A stretch of DNA of 64,000 nt. It comes from an uncultured cyanobacterium (GTDB lineage Bacteria > Cyanobacteriota > Cyanobacteriia > Pseudanabaenales > Pseudanabaenaceae). The first letter of the stretch is position 1. Every line of letters begins with the position of its first letter. Positions 19,351 to 29,628 of this stretch are shown piece after piece. Below the pieces are notes generated by a model. It was not told where the DNA came from and ran no database searches. It was given only the letters and a program-made list of their open reading frames with translations. The position numbers and the translations under genes were made by a program. The stretch is from assembly GCA_963703315.1 (NCBI GenBank), contig OY969811.1, positions 2,336,001 through 2,400,000 on the forward strand. Reading direction: 5' to 3'.

Positions 19351-21435
19351 ATGAGTGAAGTTACTAATCCTCTCCTAATTGGCAAAGGTTTACCGCCATT
19401 TCCAGAAATTAAACCTGAACAGGTTATCCCAGCAATTACTCAATTGCTAGAAGAAACCAGCGCAGGACTAACCAACCTTGAAGCCAATGTCCAACCCACA
19501 TGGTCGGGCTTAGTTGAACCGCTAGAACGTTTGACTGAGAGAATTGGTTGGGCATGGGGTGCGATCGAGCATTTACTAAGCGTCAGAAACAATGCCGAAT
19601 TGCGTGAAGCTCACAAAGTTGTCCAACCTAGGGTTATTGAATTTTTCAATCGCTTTAGCCAGAGCCAACCAGTTTATAAGGCTTATAAAGCAATTTATGG
19701 CTCATCGGATTGGGATAGCCTCGAACCTGCTCAAAAACGCATCGTAGAAGCCGCAATCCGTGATGCTGAGCTTTCAGGCGTTGGTTTAGACGGTGAAGCT
19801 AAGGAAAAGTTTAACGCAATCCAAATGGAACTTGCGGAACTCTCGACTAACTTCTCTAACCATGTCCTAGATGCTACCAAAGCTTTTAGCATGACTTTGA
19901 CCTTACCCGAAGAGATTGAAGGTTTACCACCAAGTTTATTAGCCCAAGCCGCCCAAGCTGCAAGACTTGATGGTGATGACAGAGCCACTCCCGAAAAAGG
20001 TGCTTGGTGCATTACCCTTGACTATCCTAGCTATGTTCCCTTTATGCAACATAGTCGTCGTCGTGATTTGCGTGAGAAGCTATACCGCGCCTTTGTCAGT
20101 CGTGCTGCTAGTGGGGAGTTTGATAATTCACCCTTGATCGACCGCATTCTCGAATTGCGTAAACAAAAAGCGAACTTGCTGGGCTATTCTACCTATGCCG
20201 AACTCAGCCTTGCAAGGAAAATGGCTCCTAACGTTGAAGCAGTTGAGAAGTTGCTAGAAGAACTGCGCCAGTCCAGTTACTCTGCTGCCGTTGCCGAGTT
20301 TGACGAATTGAAAGAGTTTGCTAAGTCTCAGGGCGAAACCATCGAACTCAAACACTGGGATACTTCATATTGGGCGGAACGTCAGCGTGAAACCAAATTT
20401 AATTTCACCGTTGAAGAATTACGTCCTTACTTCCCATTACCTCAAGTTCTCGAAGGACTATTTGCTCTGGTGAAGCGCTTGTTTGGAGTGAACGTCGTTC
20501 CTGCGGATGGAAAAGCTCCCATTTGGCATGAAAGCGTCCGCTTCTTTGAAATTCAGAATGAGAGTAATGAGGCGATCGCCTATTTCTATCTTGACCCATA
20601 CAGTCGCCCAGCCGAAAAGCGGGGCGGCGCATGGATGAATGACTGCATCGGACGAGCCAAAATTATCGAAGATGGTAAGCCGATTACCCGTTTGCCCGTT
20701 GCCTATCTTATTTGCAATCAGTCTCCTCCTGTCGATGGTAAGCCCAGCTTGATGACCTTTGGTGAAGTAGAAACTCTCTTCCATGAGTTCGGACATGGCT
20801 TGCAGCATATGTTGACTAAAGTTGATTATGCAGGTGCGTCTGGCATTAATAATGTCGAATGGGATGCTGTAGAACTGCCCAGTCAATTCATGGAAAACTG
20901 GTGCTACGATCGCGCTACCTTGTTTGGCATGGCAAAGCATTACGAGACAGGCGAAACTCTTCCCGAAAGCTATTTCCAAAAGCTCGTTGATTCCAAAAAC
21001 TACATGAGTGGTTCAGGAATGTTGCGTCAGTTGCATTTCAGCCTTGTCGATATCGAGTTACACCATCGCTATCAGGTTGGCGGATCGGAAACTCCACTCC
21101 AATTGCGATCGCGCCTTGCCGAAACCACGATGGTGATCCCACCTTTACCTGAAGATAACTTCCTCTGTTCCTTCGGTCATATTTTTGCTGGAGGCTATGC
21201 CGCAGGTTACTATAGCTACAAGTGGGCAGAAGTCCTGAGCGCTGATGCCTTTGCCGCCTTTGAGGAAGCTGGGTTAGAGGATGAAGAAGCGATCGCCTCA
21301 ACAGGTAGACTCTATCGCGATACAGTTTTAGCGCTCGGCGGTAGCAAGCACCCCATGGAAGTCTTCAAAACCTTCCGAGGACGTGAACCTATTACGACTC
21401 CATTGTTGCGTCACAGTGGTTTAGCCAAAGTCTAG
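19351..21435 (+). CDS. prlC: Oligopeptidase A (M3A)
   Basis: HEFGHGLQH zinc motif, WDAVELPSQ, FGHIFAGGYAAGYYSY. Confidence 0.95.
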   Translation: MSEVTNPLLIGKGLPPFPEIKPEQVIPAITQLLEETSAGLTNLEANVQPTWSGLVEPLERLTERIGWAWGAIEHLLSVRNNAELREAHKVVQPRVIEFFNRFSQSQPVYKAYKAIYGSSDWDSLEPAQKRIVEAAIRDAELSGVGLDGEAKEKFNAIQMELAELSTNFSNHVLDATKAFSMTLTLPEEIEGLPPSLLAQAAQAARLDGDDRATPEKGAWCITLDYPSYVPFMQHSRRRDLREKLYRAFVSRAASGEFDNSPLIDRILELRKQKANLLGYSTYAELSLARKMAPNVEAVEKLLEELRQSSYSAAVAEFDELKEFAKSQGETIELKHWDTSYWAERQRETKFNFTVEELRPYFPLPQVLEGLFALVKRLFGVNVVPADGKAPIWHESVRFFEIQNESNEAIAYFYLDPYSRPAEKRGGAWMNDCIGRAKIIEDGKPITRLPVAYLICNQSPPVDGKPSLMTFGEVETLFHEFGHGLQHMLTKVDYAGASGINNVEWDAVELPSQFMENWCYDRATLFGMAKHYETGETLPESYFQKLVDSKNYMSGSGMLRQLHFSLVDIELHHRYQVGGSETPLQLRSRLAETTMVIPPLPEDNFLCSFGHIFAGGYAAGYYSYKWAEVLSADAFAAFEEAGLEDEEAIASTGRLYRDTVLALGGSKHPMEVFKTFRGREPITTPLLRHSGLAKV

Positions 21436-21473
21436 CAAGAAGGGACAGTGCAAAGCACTGTCCCTTCTTGCTA
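21433..21473. terminator. Stop-to-stop perfect palindrome
   Basis: tagcaagaagggacagtgc-aaa-gcactgtcccttcttgcta; the outermost triplets are the two stop codons. Confidence 0.8.
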
Positions 21474-22403
21474 AGGTCTTTCGTGAATAAACCATCGATC
21501 TATTTTTAGAAGCGATCGCGCATGGTCGCGTATTGATACACCAGATAAATATGTTGTACATGGCGCTAGAAGCACCTGTTCACTTGCTAATCTAAAAGCT
21601 TCTTGGGGAGTAGATGGGCGTTTCCCAATCAAAAGTTGCAACATAGTTCCATAATGACAAACTAGTTCAGCCTCATATAATTGATGCCATTTTTGCAGTA
21701 AGGGAATCGCTCCTTTGCTCCCGCCATACCAAGATAAATAGGCAAGAGTTTCCCAGCTATGGGGCGTTGGCAGCAATATTAGTGCCATTGTCTGTCCATT
21801 TGGTTGATACCAGTCTAGATAAGTTAGCTCTTGCTCCGATGGTGTAGAGATTTCCGTTGTCTGCTGCAATTCCCAATCAAATAAATACTTCTCAACATCG
21901 ACAATAGTAGAAATTTCTCCCGATCTCACTAGTGTTTGTAGTTCAGAAAATAATGGTGATGCACCAAACCGAGAACTTGTATTGGCTAATTCTGTAAAGA
22001 TCTGTTCTTCTAAATTGTAGGTATTAAATTGAGCGCGTTCATCCAAAAAGCTATCTAGCTCTTGAGAAGTTATAGAATTAGCTCTCGCGATAATTGCTTC
22101 TGGAGATAGATCTAAATTTGGATACTCTTCAGCAAAGTAAAATCGCGAAAAGAAATCTTCATCATTCATTGTTTTTTGCCAATTTTCGGCATTACCACTC
22201 CAGCAAGTAGTAATCACGGGATATCTCTGAGTTTGAGGCAGTAAATCTTTGATTAAATGCCAAGCTTCAACACTATTTTCTAGATTAACAGCGATCGCCA
22301 ATGCTACACTTGTCGTCATTGGGATATCAAGCTGAACCATATCTGCTTCGCTTAAAAAAGTTCCACTCAGTAGCTCTCGTAAAGACTCTATAGAATTAAG
22401 CAT
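21471..22403 (-). CDS. DUF4253-like domain protein
   Basis: W...YEAELV...G..LQL...RP.T..EA..LA.E and a C-terminal W motif. Confidence 0.75.
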   Translation of the reverse strand: MLNSIESLRELLSGTFLSEADMVQLDIPMTTSVALAIAVNLENSVEAWHLIKDLLPQTQRYPVITTCWSGNAENWQKTMNDEDFFSRFYFAEEYPNLDLSPEAIIARANSITSQELDSFLDERAQFNTYNLEEQIFTELANTSSRFGASPLFSELQTLVRSGEISTIVDVEKYLFDWELQQTTEISTPSEQELTYLDWYQPNGQTMALILLPTPHSWETLAYLSWYGGSKGAIPLLQKWHQLYEAELVCHYGTMLQLLIGKRPSTPQEAFRLASEQVLLAPCTTYLSGVSIRDHARSLLKIDRWFIHERP

Positions 22404-22484
22404 TTAAAATTATTGATAACTTTTATTATCATTAAACCATTTAGAATTGCCCCATGCTTACAGTTCTCTTAGTGAGAGATTGAC

Positions 22485-23387
22485 CTACTTCAAACTCCGA
22501 TTATAAAAGTCTGTAACTTTATCGATATACATTTTGGAATTAGCATTGTAATTTCCTGCGTGCTGCTTTGCGTCTGTTTCCCAGTATTCGGCTGATGGAT
22601 ATGCTGCTTTCATTTGCCTTGCATTCTCGATAGTCGTGTAAGGATCGAGCGTACTATGAATAATCAAAACTGGTCTAGGAGAAATTTTTGCCAGATCAAT
22701 AACTGGTTTAGAGGTCGTGAGATCATAGCCAGTCCACAAATGCCCGAACATCAATGTAGAAGGCAGAAATATATCTGGAAGTTTTGAATCGAACTGCCAC
22801 AGTTTTTGGAAGAGTGGATAGACTTCAGCATAACCACTATCGATCACAATTGCCGCAAGATCGGAACTTTCGGCGGCGGCTCCAATGACTGAAGCGGAAC
22901 CCATAGAAACACCTAAAACTCCAATTTTATTAGGTTTAAATCCTTTTTGTTTGAGCCAATTCACTCCAGCAATCACATCTCTTCTTTCTTTAATTCCGAA
23001 AGTAACTCTAGAATCTGCACTCTTTCCGTGTCCTCGCAGATCAATCATCAGAATCGAGAATCCCTGCTTTTGCATAGCAGATCCAAATTCGGTGAATTTG
23101 CCGCCAAACTCAGCAGTACGGCTAGAGTGCAAGCCATGCACTAAAACCAAAACTTTATCAGAAGATTTTGATGGAATAAACCATCCTGTAATTTCTAAGT
23201 CATCGGATGTACGCAATTTCACCTCTTCAGGAGCGATCGCAAAAACAGATGCTTGTTGTGAATCAAAGCTTCTTCTAGGAGTCGAAAGCCTATGTCCAGC
23301 AAAAGCAGAAATCCCTAAATAGGCGATCGCTAAAGTAGCTGAGAAACTCAGTGCAATCTTAATGATAATTTGTCTTTGGGGTTTCAT
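22485..23387 (-). CDS. Alpha/beta hydrolase with N-terminal anchor
   Basis: VHG, DLRGHG, GVSMG nucleophile elbow, IIHS..D, His near the C-terminus. Confidence 0.9.
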   Translation of the reverse strand: MKPQRQIIIKIALSFSATLAIAYLGISAFAGHRLSTPRRSFDSQQASVFAIAPEEVKLRTSDDLEITGWFIPSKSSDKVLVLVHGLHSSRTAEFGGKFTEFGSAMQKQGFSILMIDLRGHGKSADSRVTFGIKERRDVIAGVNWLKQKGFKPNKIGVLGVSMGSASVIGAAAESSDLAAIVIDSGYAEVYPLFQKLWQFDSKLPDIFLPSTLMFGHLWTGYDLTTSKPVIDLAKISPRPVLIIHSTLDPYTTIENARQMKAAYPSAEYWETDAKQHAGNYNANSKMYIDKVTDFYNRSLK

Positions 23388-23412
23388 ATTCTCACTTTTA
23401 GTTTTTATGTTA

Positions 23413-23470
23413 CTCCTTTCCCAGTGAATAATTAGTAGGGCGCGGCAAAGCCGCGCACCACTAATTATTC
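23413..23470. repeat. Repeat family C (CTCCTTTCCCAGT + triloop hairpin)
   Basis: Homologous copy at 51939-52001. Confidence 0.7.
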
Positions 23471-23579
23471 CTGCTTACTTACCTACAACAAAATGAAACC
23501 TAATACAAAATATACTCATTGTATTATGATGATCTTGGAATGTCAGAATCCACAAACTTTTTGATTGCAACCAATTGAT

Positions 23580-25172
23580 ATGACTATTAAGAAAATCTTG
23601 ATTCTGGCAGCTAATCCTCTTGAGACAGCAAGGTTACGACTAGAAAAAGAAGTAGAAGAAATTCGGGTAACTTTAGAGCGATCGCTAAACCGCGATCGCT
23701 ACCTGATTGAGTCAAGAGGTGCAGTACGTCCTCAAGATTTACAGCAATATTTATATAACCTGAAGCCACAGATTTTACATTTTTCAGGACATGGTGGTGG
23801 TGACTGGGGCTTAGCCTTTGAAGATGATGATGGCAAGACGAAGCCCGTTAGTACTGATGCATTAGCAGACTTGTTCAAGCTATTTGCTAATCAAATTCAG
23901 TGCGTAGTTCTAAATGCTTGTTATGCAGTGGTACAAGCAGAAGCGATTTGTCAGCATATTCCCTATGTGATTGGCATGAATCAGGCGATCGGTGATGAAG
24001 CGGCGCGAAGGTTTGCGGAAGGCTTTTATCGAGCAGTTTGGGATGATCGCTCGATTGAGGATGCCTTCGCATCGGGGGTAAATGCGATCGCCTTAGATGG
24101 AATTCCTGAAGAGTTAACGCCTGTGTTGCTAAAGCGAGATCGCAGTTTGCCAAAATCTAATCCTAATACTGAAATTTCGGTAGTAGAAAATAATGGCTAC
24201 TTTTATATTGTGCGATCGCGCTTAGAGCAACGTTGTTATGAAGAAGTCGTGAGGGCAGGTACATTAATTAGAATTAAGTCACCTGAGCGCATGGGCAAAT
24301 CCTTAATGATGGGGCGCGTTTTAAAGTATGCGACACAGCAGGGGCATCGCACCGCCGTGATTGATTTACGCGAAGCAAACAGAGAGTTTTTTGTAGATAT
24401 TAATAAATTTTTGCAATGGTTTTGTGCATATTTGGGCGATCAGTTAGAAGTTGACCAGCAACCTGAAACTGCATGGAAGAGCTTTTTAGGTGCAAATACA
24501 AACTGTACAAAATATGTGGAAAAATTCTTTTTAAATAGTGATGATTCACCCTTAGTAATTGCGATCGATAACTTCGATTGTGTGTTTAGATATCCCGATG
24601 TTGAAGCTGACTTTTGCGGATTATTGCGTGGTTGGTTCGAGAAAGTAAATACCAGTAAAGTCTGGGGCAAGTTGCGACAAATAATTGTCTATTCCCAAGA
24701 GTCTTATGCAACAAACAATATTAACCAATCACCTTTTAATGTAGGGTTGCCCATTGAACTCGATGAACTAGACGAATCGGAAGTCTTGGCTTTAGCAAAA
24801 GCCTATGGACTGCCTTGGACAGTTGCAGAAATTGCGAAACTAATGGATATGATTGGTGGTCATCCTTATTTAGTCCAGATGGCGATCGATCAAATCGCGC
24901 ACCGTAATATGGATATTGACAGGTTATTGCGAACTGCACCAACAGAAGAAGGCATTTATAGTAAATATCTTTACGAACGTTTACAACTATTAGAAAGCAA
25001 TCCCGAACTGGTAGAAGCCATGAAATTAGTTGTCAACTCCGATATTCCTGTAAGGTTGAGTGCAAAGGATGGGTTTAAGCTAGACAGCATGGGTTTGATA
25101 AAGCCACAAAATAGCGATCGCATCCCCCGTTGTAATTTATATCGTCTATACTTTAGCGACAGGTTGAGGTAA
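23580..25172 (+). CDS. CHAT (caspase-like) domain + AAA_35/STAND NTPase
   Basis: LHFSGHG and VVLNAC (His-Cys dyad), Walker A SPERMGKS, Walker B IAIDNFD, GGHPYL. ATG 23580 preferred over TTG 23565. Confidence 0.9.
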   Translation: MTIKKILILAANPLETARLRLEKEVEEIRVTLERSLNRDRYLIESRGAVRPQDLQQYLYNLKPQILHFSGHGGGDWGLAFEDDDGKTKPVSTDALADLFKLFANQIQCVVLNACYAVVQAEAICQHIPYVIGMNQAIGDEAARRFAEGFYRAVWDDRSIEDAFASGVNAIALDGIPEELTPVLLKRDRSLPKSNPNTEISVVENNGYFYIVRSRLEQRCYEEVVRAGTLIRIKSPERMGKSLMMGRVLKYATQQGHRTAVIDLREANREFFVDINKFLQWFCAYLGDQLEVDQQPETAWKSFLGANTNCTKYVEKFFLNSDDSPLVIAIDNFDCVFRYPDVEADFCGLLRGWFEKVNTSKVWGKLRQIIVYSQESYATNNINQSPFNVGLPIELDELDESEVLALAKAYGLPWTVAEIAKLMDMIGGHPYLVQMAIDQIAHRNMDIDRLLRTAPTEEGIYSKYLYERLQLLESNPELVEAMKLVVNSDIPVRLSAKDGFKLDSMGLIKPQNSDRIPRCNLYRLYFSDRLR

Positions 25173-25178
25173 TTGGCT

Positions 25179-27965
25179 ATGTCACCAGAATCACCCAATG
25201 AACAATTAATTAGTACTTCTGTCTATCGTGTCGGTGGCAGTTTGCCTGTAGATGCGCCAACTTATGTAGAACGAAAAGCTGATCACGAGCTATACAAAAG
25301 ACTGAAAGCGGGGGATTGTTGCTATGTATTTAATGCCAGACAGATGGGGAAGTCTAGCTTACGGGTGCGGGTAATTCAGAAATTAGAGCAGGATGGAGTG
25401 GTTTGTGCAACCCTTGATCCGCAAACTATTGGCACGCAGCTAGATCAGTCACAGTGGTATGCCAGTATTATCAGCAGTCTTGCGGAAAGTTTTAAACTAG
25501 AAGATTGCTTCGATTTAGAAGAATGGTGGGAAGCAAGACAATCGATCGCGCCTGTGAAATGTCTCAGTGATTTCATTTGTAATGTGCTGCTAACTGAGAT
25601 TAAGAAGCCCATCGTAATCTTTGTGGAAGAGATTGATAATTTGCTCAATCTTAAGTTTGTTGCTGATGACTTTTTTATGTTGATTCGTTCATTTTACGAA
25701 AATCGCGCCCAAGAACCACAATTTGATCGATTATCCTTTGCTTTTGTCGGTGTGGCTACTCCGCGTGATTTAATGCTGAGCCAAAATCATTCGGTGTTTA
25801 ACATTGGTGTAGCGATCGAGATGGGCGGTTTCCAATTGGATGAGGTGAAACCGTTAGAGATTGGACTAAAGGGAAAAGTTCCAGATCCGCATTTAGTAAT
25901 GCGTGAGGTATTGCAATGGACTGGTGGACAGCCTTTCTTGACGCAGAAGTTACTTAGTTTGGTAATTAGTGAGATAGAAGAAAATAATGTAGATGCATCA
26001 AAGCAAGATATTCCCGTATGGATTAAGCAAATCGTTCAAGAACACATCATTAATAATTGGGAAACTCAAGATGTACCACAACATCTCAAAACCTTGCAAG
26101 ATCGTCTATTAGTAAGGACTGATGAAGATGGTAGAGGGCGACTTTTGGGTTTGTATCAGAGAGTTTTGGATGGGGATAAATACCAAACTTCTTTGGTTAA
26201 TGTAGAAGAATATAAAAAAGAAAATTCTTCTTTCATGGAAGGAATTTCTTCTGATGATAGTGAAGATCAAAAGAAACTGCGTCTGACAGGGTTAGTTGTC
26301 AAGCGAGATAACAGATTAATTGTTTACAACCCTATCTATGCAGGAGTTTTCAATCAAGAGTGGGTAAGCCGTAACTTAGCAGATTTGCGTCCACCTTTAT
26401 ATTTAGAAGCTTTTAGGAAGTGGCAAGTAAGCGACGAACAACAAAAGTATTCTTTTCTTTTGCGAGGAAAGGCGCTTGAAGATGCGGAGATCTGGGCAAA
26501 GGATAAGCGATTGAGTGATGAGGATTATAGGTTCTTGGCAGCAAGTCGGGAGATGAATAATCAAGTTATGCTAGCGGAAGTTAAGTTTAATGCGGAAAAA
26601 CAGAGAACAAAATTTGCGATCGGTGGGGGGATTGTTGCTTTAGTTCTTGCAGGATTAGCTTCATGGCAATTAGTAGTTGCTGATAAAAACGCGAAAATTG
26701 TTGTTGATAATGCTGTTGAAAGAGTCGAAGAACTTTTTCAGAAAAACTATCAATTTGAATCTTTAACAGAGAGCATTAAAACGATGGATTTAATGAAGAC
26801 TTTAGGTAAGACAAATGATAAAGATCTTATTGAAAGACTTTATAAAGTAATCTCTAATATCCAAGAAAGAAATCAACTAAAAGGTCATCAAAATGAGATT
26901 TTGGGCTTAAGTATTCATCCTGATGGTCAGAAAATTGTCTCTAGTGGTTTCGATAACACTATAAAATTATGGAATATAGAAGGAAACATCTTATATACCA
27001 AGAGTCAAGAATATAGACAATGGAGTGTAAAATTTAGTCATAGTGGTCAATTGATAGCATCTGTAGATGACATTAATTCAATATCATTATGGAAAATACA
27101 AAATGATAAACTTCTACTGCTTGATTCTAATATTATTAAAGATCTAAAAATCAATAAACAAGCTAATATTCCAGACAATCAGATTGGCAACTTAGAATTT
27201 AGTCCCAACGACGAAATGATTGCCTTCTCAAATAACGATAAAAATCTTAGATTGTGGATAAAAAACTCAAAAATAAGACAAGTGTCATGCCGTGATGGAG
27301 ATCAAAATAGTTGGATTTACACTATGAATTTTCATCCTCAAAAAAACACTGTGGCTTTTGCCTGTAAAGATTTAGTTTATATATGGGATACAGTTAAATC
27401 GGATTTATCTCAATTGATTCCTAATTCAAAGCATGAAAATACAGTTAATGCAGTTAAGTTTAGTGTTAATGGAGATATACTAGCGTCTGCAAGTAGTGAT
27501 GGAAATATAAAATTATGGGATACAAAGAATGACTACAAAAAAATAGGAGAAATAAAGCCTAAAAATCCATTGCTTTATATTACAGACATTGCGTTTGATA
27601 ATCAAAACAACTTTATTGCCTCTTCATATACAAATAACAACATAGGTATTAAAATCTGGAGCTTAGAAAAAGCTCTTAAATTATATCCTAAGCCTTTACA
27701 AGAACCAGAGAATAATAATCTTTTAGGTCACACTCAATCAGTAAATAGAATAATATTTAACCCAACTAATCCACTTTCAATTATTTCTGCAAGCAGCGAC
27801 TCAAGTATCAGGATCTGGTCTTTGAATAAGTCTTCAACTAATGCTACAGAAAAGCATATATCTAAATTACTTAGCTATGCATGTAGTTTAGTTAAACCTT
27901 ATATCTACACTGACAAAGTTAATCCTAAAAATCAAACTCTTAATAAAATTTGTCAGACAAACTAA
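25179..27965 (+). CDS. AAA_35/STAND NTPase + TM segment + WD40 repeats
   Basis: Walker A NARQMGKS, IFVEEID, GGQPFL, hydrophobic FAIGGGIVALVLAGLASWQLVV, GH...D.TIKLW repeats. Confidence 0.9.
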   Translation: MSPESPNEQLISTSVYRVGGSLPVDAPTYVERKADHELYKRLKAGDCCYVFNARQMGKSSLRVRVIQKLEQDGVVCATLDPQTIGTQLDQSQWYASIISSLAESFKLEDCFDLEEWWEARQSIAPVKCLSDFICNVLLTEIKKPIVIFVEEIDNLLNLKFVADDFFMLIRSFYENRAQEPQFDRLSFAFVGVATPRDLMLSQNHSVFNIGVAIEMGGFQLDEVKPLEIGLKGKVPDPHLVMREVLQWTGGQPFLTQKLLSLVISEIEENNVDASKQDIPVWIKQIVQEHIINNWETQDVPQHLKTLQDRLLVRTDEDGRGRLLGLYQRVLDGDKYQTSLVNVEEYKKENSSFMEGISSDDSEDQKKLRLTGLVVKRDNRLIVYNPIYAGVFNQEWVSRNLADLRPPLYLEAFRKWQVSDEQQKYSFLLRGKALEDAEIWAKDKRLSDEDYRFLAASREMNNQVMLAEVKFNAEKQRTKFAIGGGIVALVLAGLASWQLVVADKNAKIVVDNAVERVEELFQKNYQFESLTESIKTMDLMKTLGKTNDKDLIERLYKVISNIQERNQLKGHQNEILGLSIHPDGQKIVSSGFDNTIKLWNIEGNILYTKSQEYRQWSVKFSHSGQLIASVDDINSISLWKIQNDKLLLLDSNIIKDLKINKQANIPDNQIGNLEFSPNDEMIAFSNNDKNLRLWIKNSKIRQVSCRDGDQNSWIYTMNFHPQKNTVAFACKDLVYIWDTVKSDLSQLIPNSKHENTVNAVKFSVNGDILASASSDGNIKLWDTKNDYKKIGEIKPKNPLLYITDIAFDNQNNFIASSYTNNNIGIKIWSLEKALKLYPKPLQEPENNNLLGHTQSVNRIIFNPTNPLSIISASSDSSIRIWSLNKSSTNATEKHISKLLSYACSLVKPYIYTDKVNPKNQTLNKICQTN

Positions 27966-29296
27966 TTTGAGGGACACTGATTCTTACAATGACAAGTTGA
28001 TTGACCACAGCAACTACAACCTCCTAAAATTTCATTTGTACCTATACCAAAGCCACTTGTATTAATCCACTCAGCGTTCAGCAAAGACCACCAATCAGTA
28101 GCCAAACCTTTTTCAACATACTCATATGGCATCCATCCATATCCTTTATCTCCCCATCCATCTCCCTGTGAATCTCTAAATAAGAATCCTCCTTTCAATG
28201 GTGGTTTAGAATCATCTGGATTATCAAATTCCAAATAATCATCATATCCAACAGCAACGAGAGCATGACCCATTTGAGATTGAGTATTTTGAAGAGATAA
28301 AGGAGGAACTATAATTTGTCCTAATTTCCTCTTCTTCGTTGTATTAACTGTTTCTATTTTTTTTAACTCATCTTGATTTATATATTTAGTGAAAATGCTA
28401 GTATCGCTAATGCCAAAAATTGCTGGAAAACCTGATGCCAAAGCAATACGAATCTGAGCTACAGTTAATTGACCTATTTCAATTTCATTCTCCTTTTTTT
28501 TCTCAATTGTTAGTAATTCTTGATTGTAAATTTCTCTGAGTTTATCCAATCGAAAATACTTAGATGCTTGAAAATTTTGGGCATAAGCATAAGCAAATGC
28601 TGAAGGTTGCTTGCCACCTGTTAAATTATCAGTTCGTTCTTCTGTTGCTAGCCAATTTTTTTGTTCTTCTTTTGTTACTAGCCAATTTTTATCAGACTTT
28701 TCTGGAGGGACTCCAAATAGAACCATAGCCCTTAGAGTGTCTCTCAGTGTTGCGCCACCATCACTGAGAGGTTTTTCTTGGTCTAAATACATTAGATCTC
28801 TAGTAACTTTATAAAGGAATCGCCAAGAAAGTTTACTGTTAACATTCTTACTAGCACGATTTTGGAAATACTCCATTAAAGCTTTTCCTGCATGGGCAGT
28901 ACAGGTCATCCCCTCTTGAGGTTCTTTAATTGGAGAGAAATATTCTCGTAAATCAACAGATTCTTTCAAAAACAAGTCTTGATTTAACAAAGCCTTAATT
29001 TCGTCTTCATACCCATCTTTTTTAGTAAAAGTCATTATCAAATAGGGAGGCTTCTTATACCTCTTTTGCTTTGCTTTCCATTCTTCCTCAGGCACTAGAC
29101 GCATTGCTCTTTGATATATAGGAGACTTATCATCTTCGGCAAACAAAACTCTTTCGAGTCTAATATTTTTTGCCTCAGTCTCTACCTCCTCTGGTACTAA
29201 TCTGCTGACAACAGTTTCTAAGGAATACTGATTAACTGTGTTAATTTTTTGTTCTTCAGTAACTGACCAACCTGTTCTATTTACTGTCACTGTCAT
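27962..29296 (-). CDS. Papain-like (C1) cysteine peptidase with Cys-rich C-terminal tail
   Basis: SVDLRE, CTAHAG (Cys), GHALVAVGYDD (His), WGDKGYGWMPY. Confidence 0.85.
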   Translation of the reverse strand: MTVTVNRTGWSVTEEQKINTVNQYSLETVVSRLVPEEVETEAKNIRLERVLFAEDDKSPIYQRAMRLVPEEEWKAKQKRYKKPPYLIMTFTKKDGYEDEIKALLNQDLFLKESVDLREYFSPIKEPQEGMTCTAHAGKALMEYFQNRASKNVNSKLSWRFLYKVTRDLMYLDQEKPLSDGGATLRDTLRAMVLFGVPPEKSDKNWLVTKEEQKNWLATEERTDNLTGGKQPSAFAYAYAQNFQASKYFRLDKLREIYNQELLTIEKKKENEIEIGQLTVAQIRIALASGFPAIFGISDTSIFTKYINQDELKKIETVNTTKKRKLGQIIVPPLSLQNTQSQMGHALVAVGYDDYLEFDNPDDSKPPLKGGFLFRDSQGDGWGDKGYGWMPYEYVEKGLATDWWSLLNAEWINTSGFGIGTNEILGGCSCCGQSTCHCKNQCPSN

Positions 29297-29628
29297 TTTC
29301 TTACCTTAGCTTAATTTATAACTCTTAATAATCAATTCAACTTAGCATCATAAAAGCTAAGTTAACAGTCACGATTAGATATCTTATTTACTCAACCTTA
29401 ATACCTTTATTGCAACCTACATAGTTAAAAATAAATACGCAATAAAACTTTACCTAAAGTTGTGAACTTGCTTCTGAGATAAAGTCTAAGCATATAAATC
29501 TAGTCAATCTAGAAGTTTCTACAAACAGATCAATCGGGCTTTAACAGAATTGTGATTTTAGAAATAGCGATCGCTTCCACAAGGCTTTTTGCGATCGCCA
29601 TTTTTGGTGATGAATTTAGCGATCGCAA

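Noticed and set aside
20458..20979. 173-aa antisense ORF and similar shadow ORFs (e.g. 22885-23322, 43929-44252, 58126-58446)
   Set aside because: They lie fully opposite well-supported genes and have no recognisable motifs.
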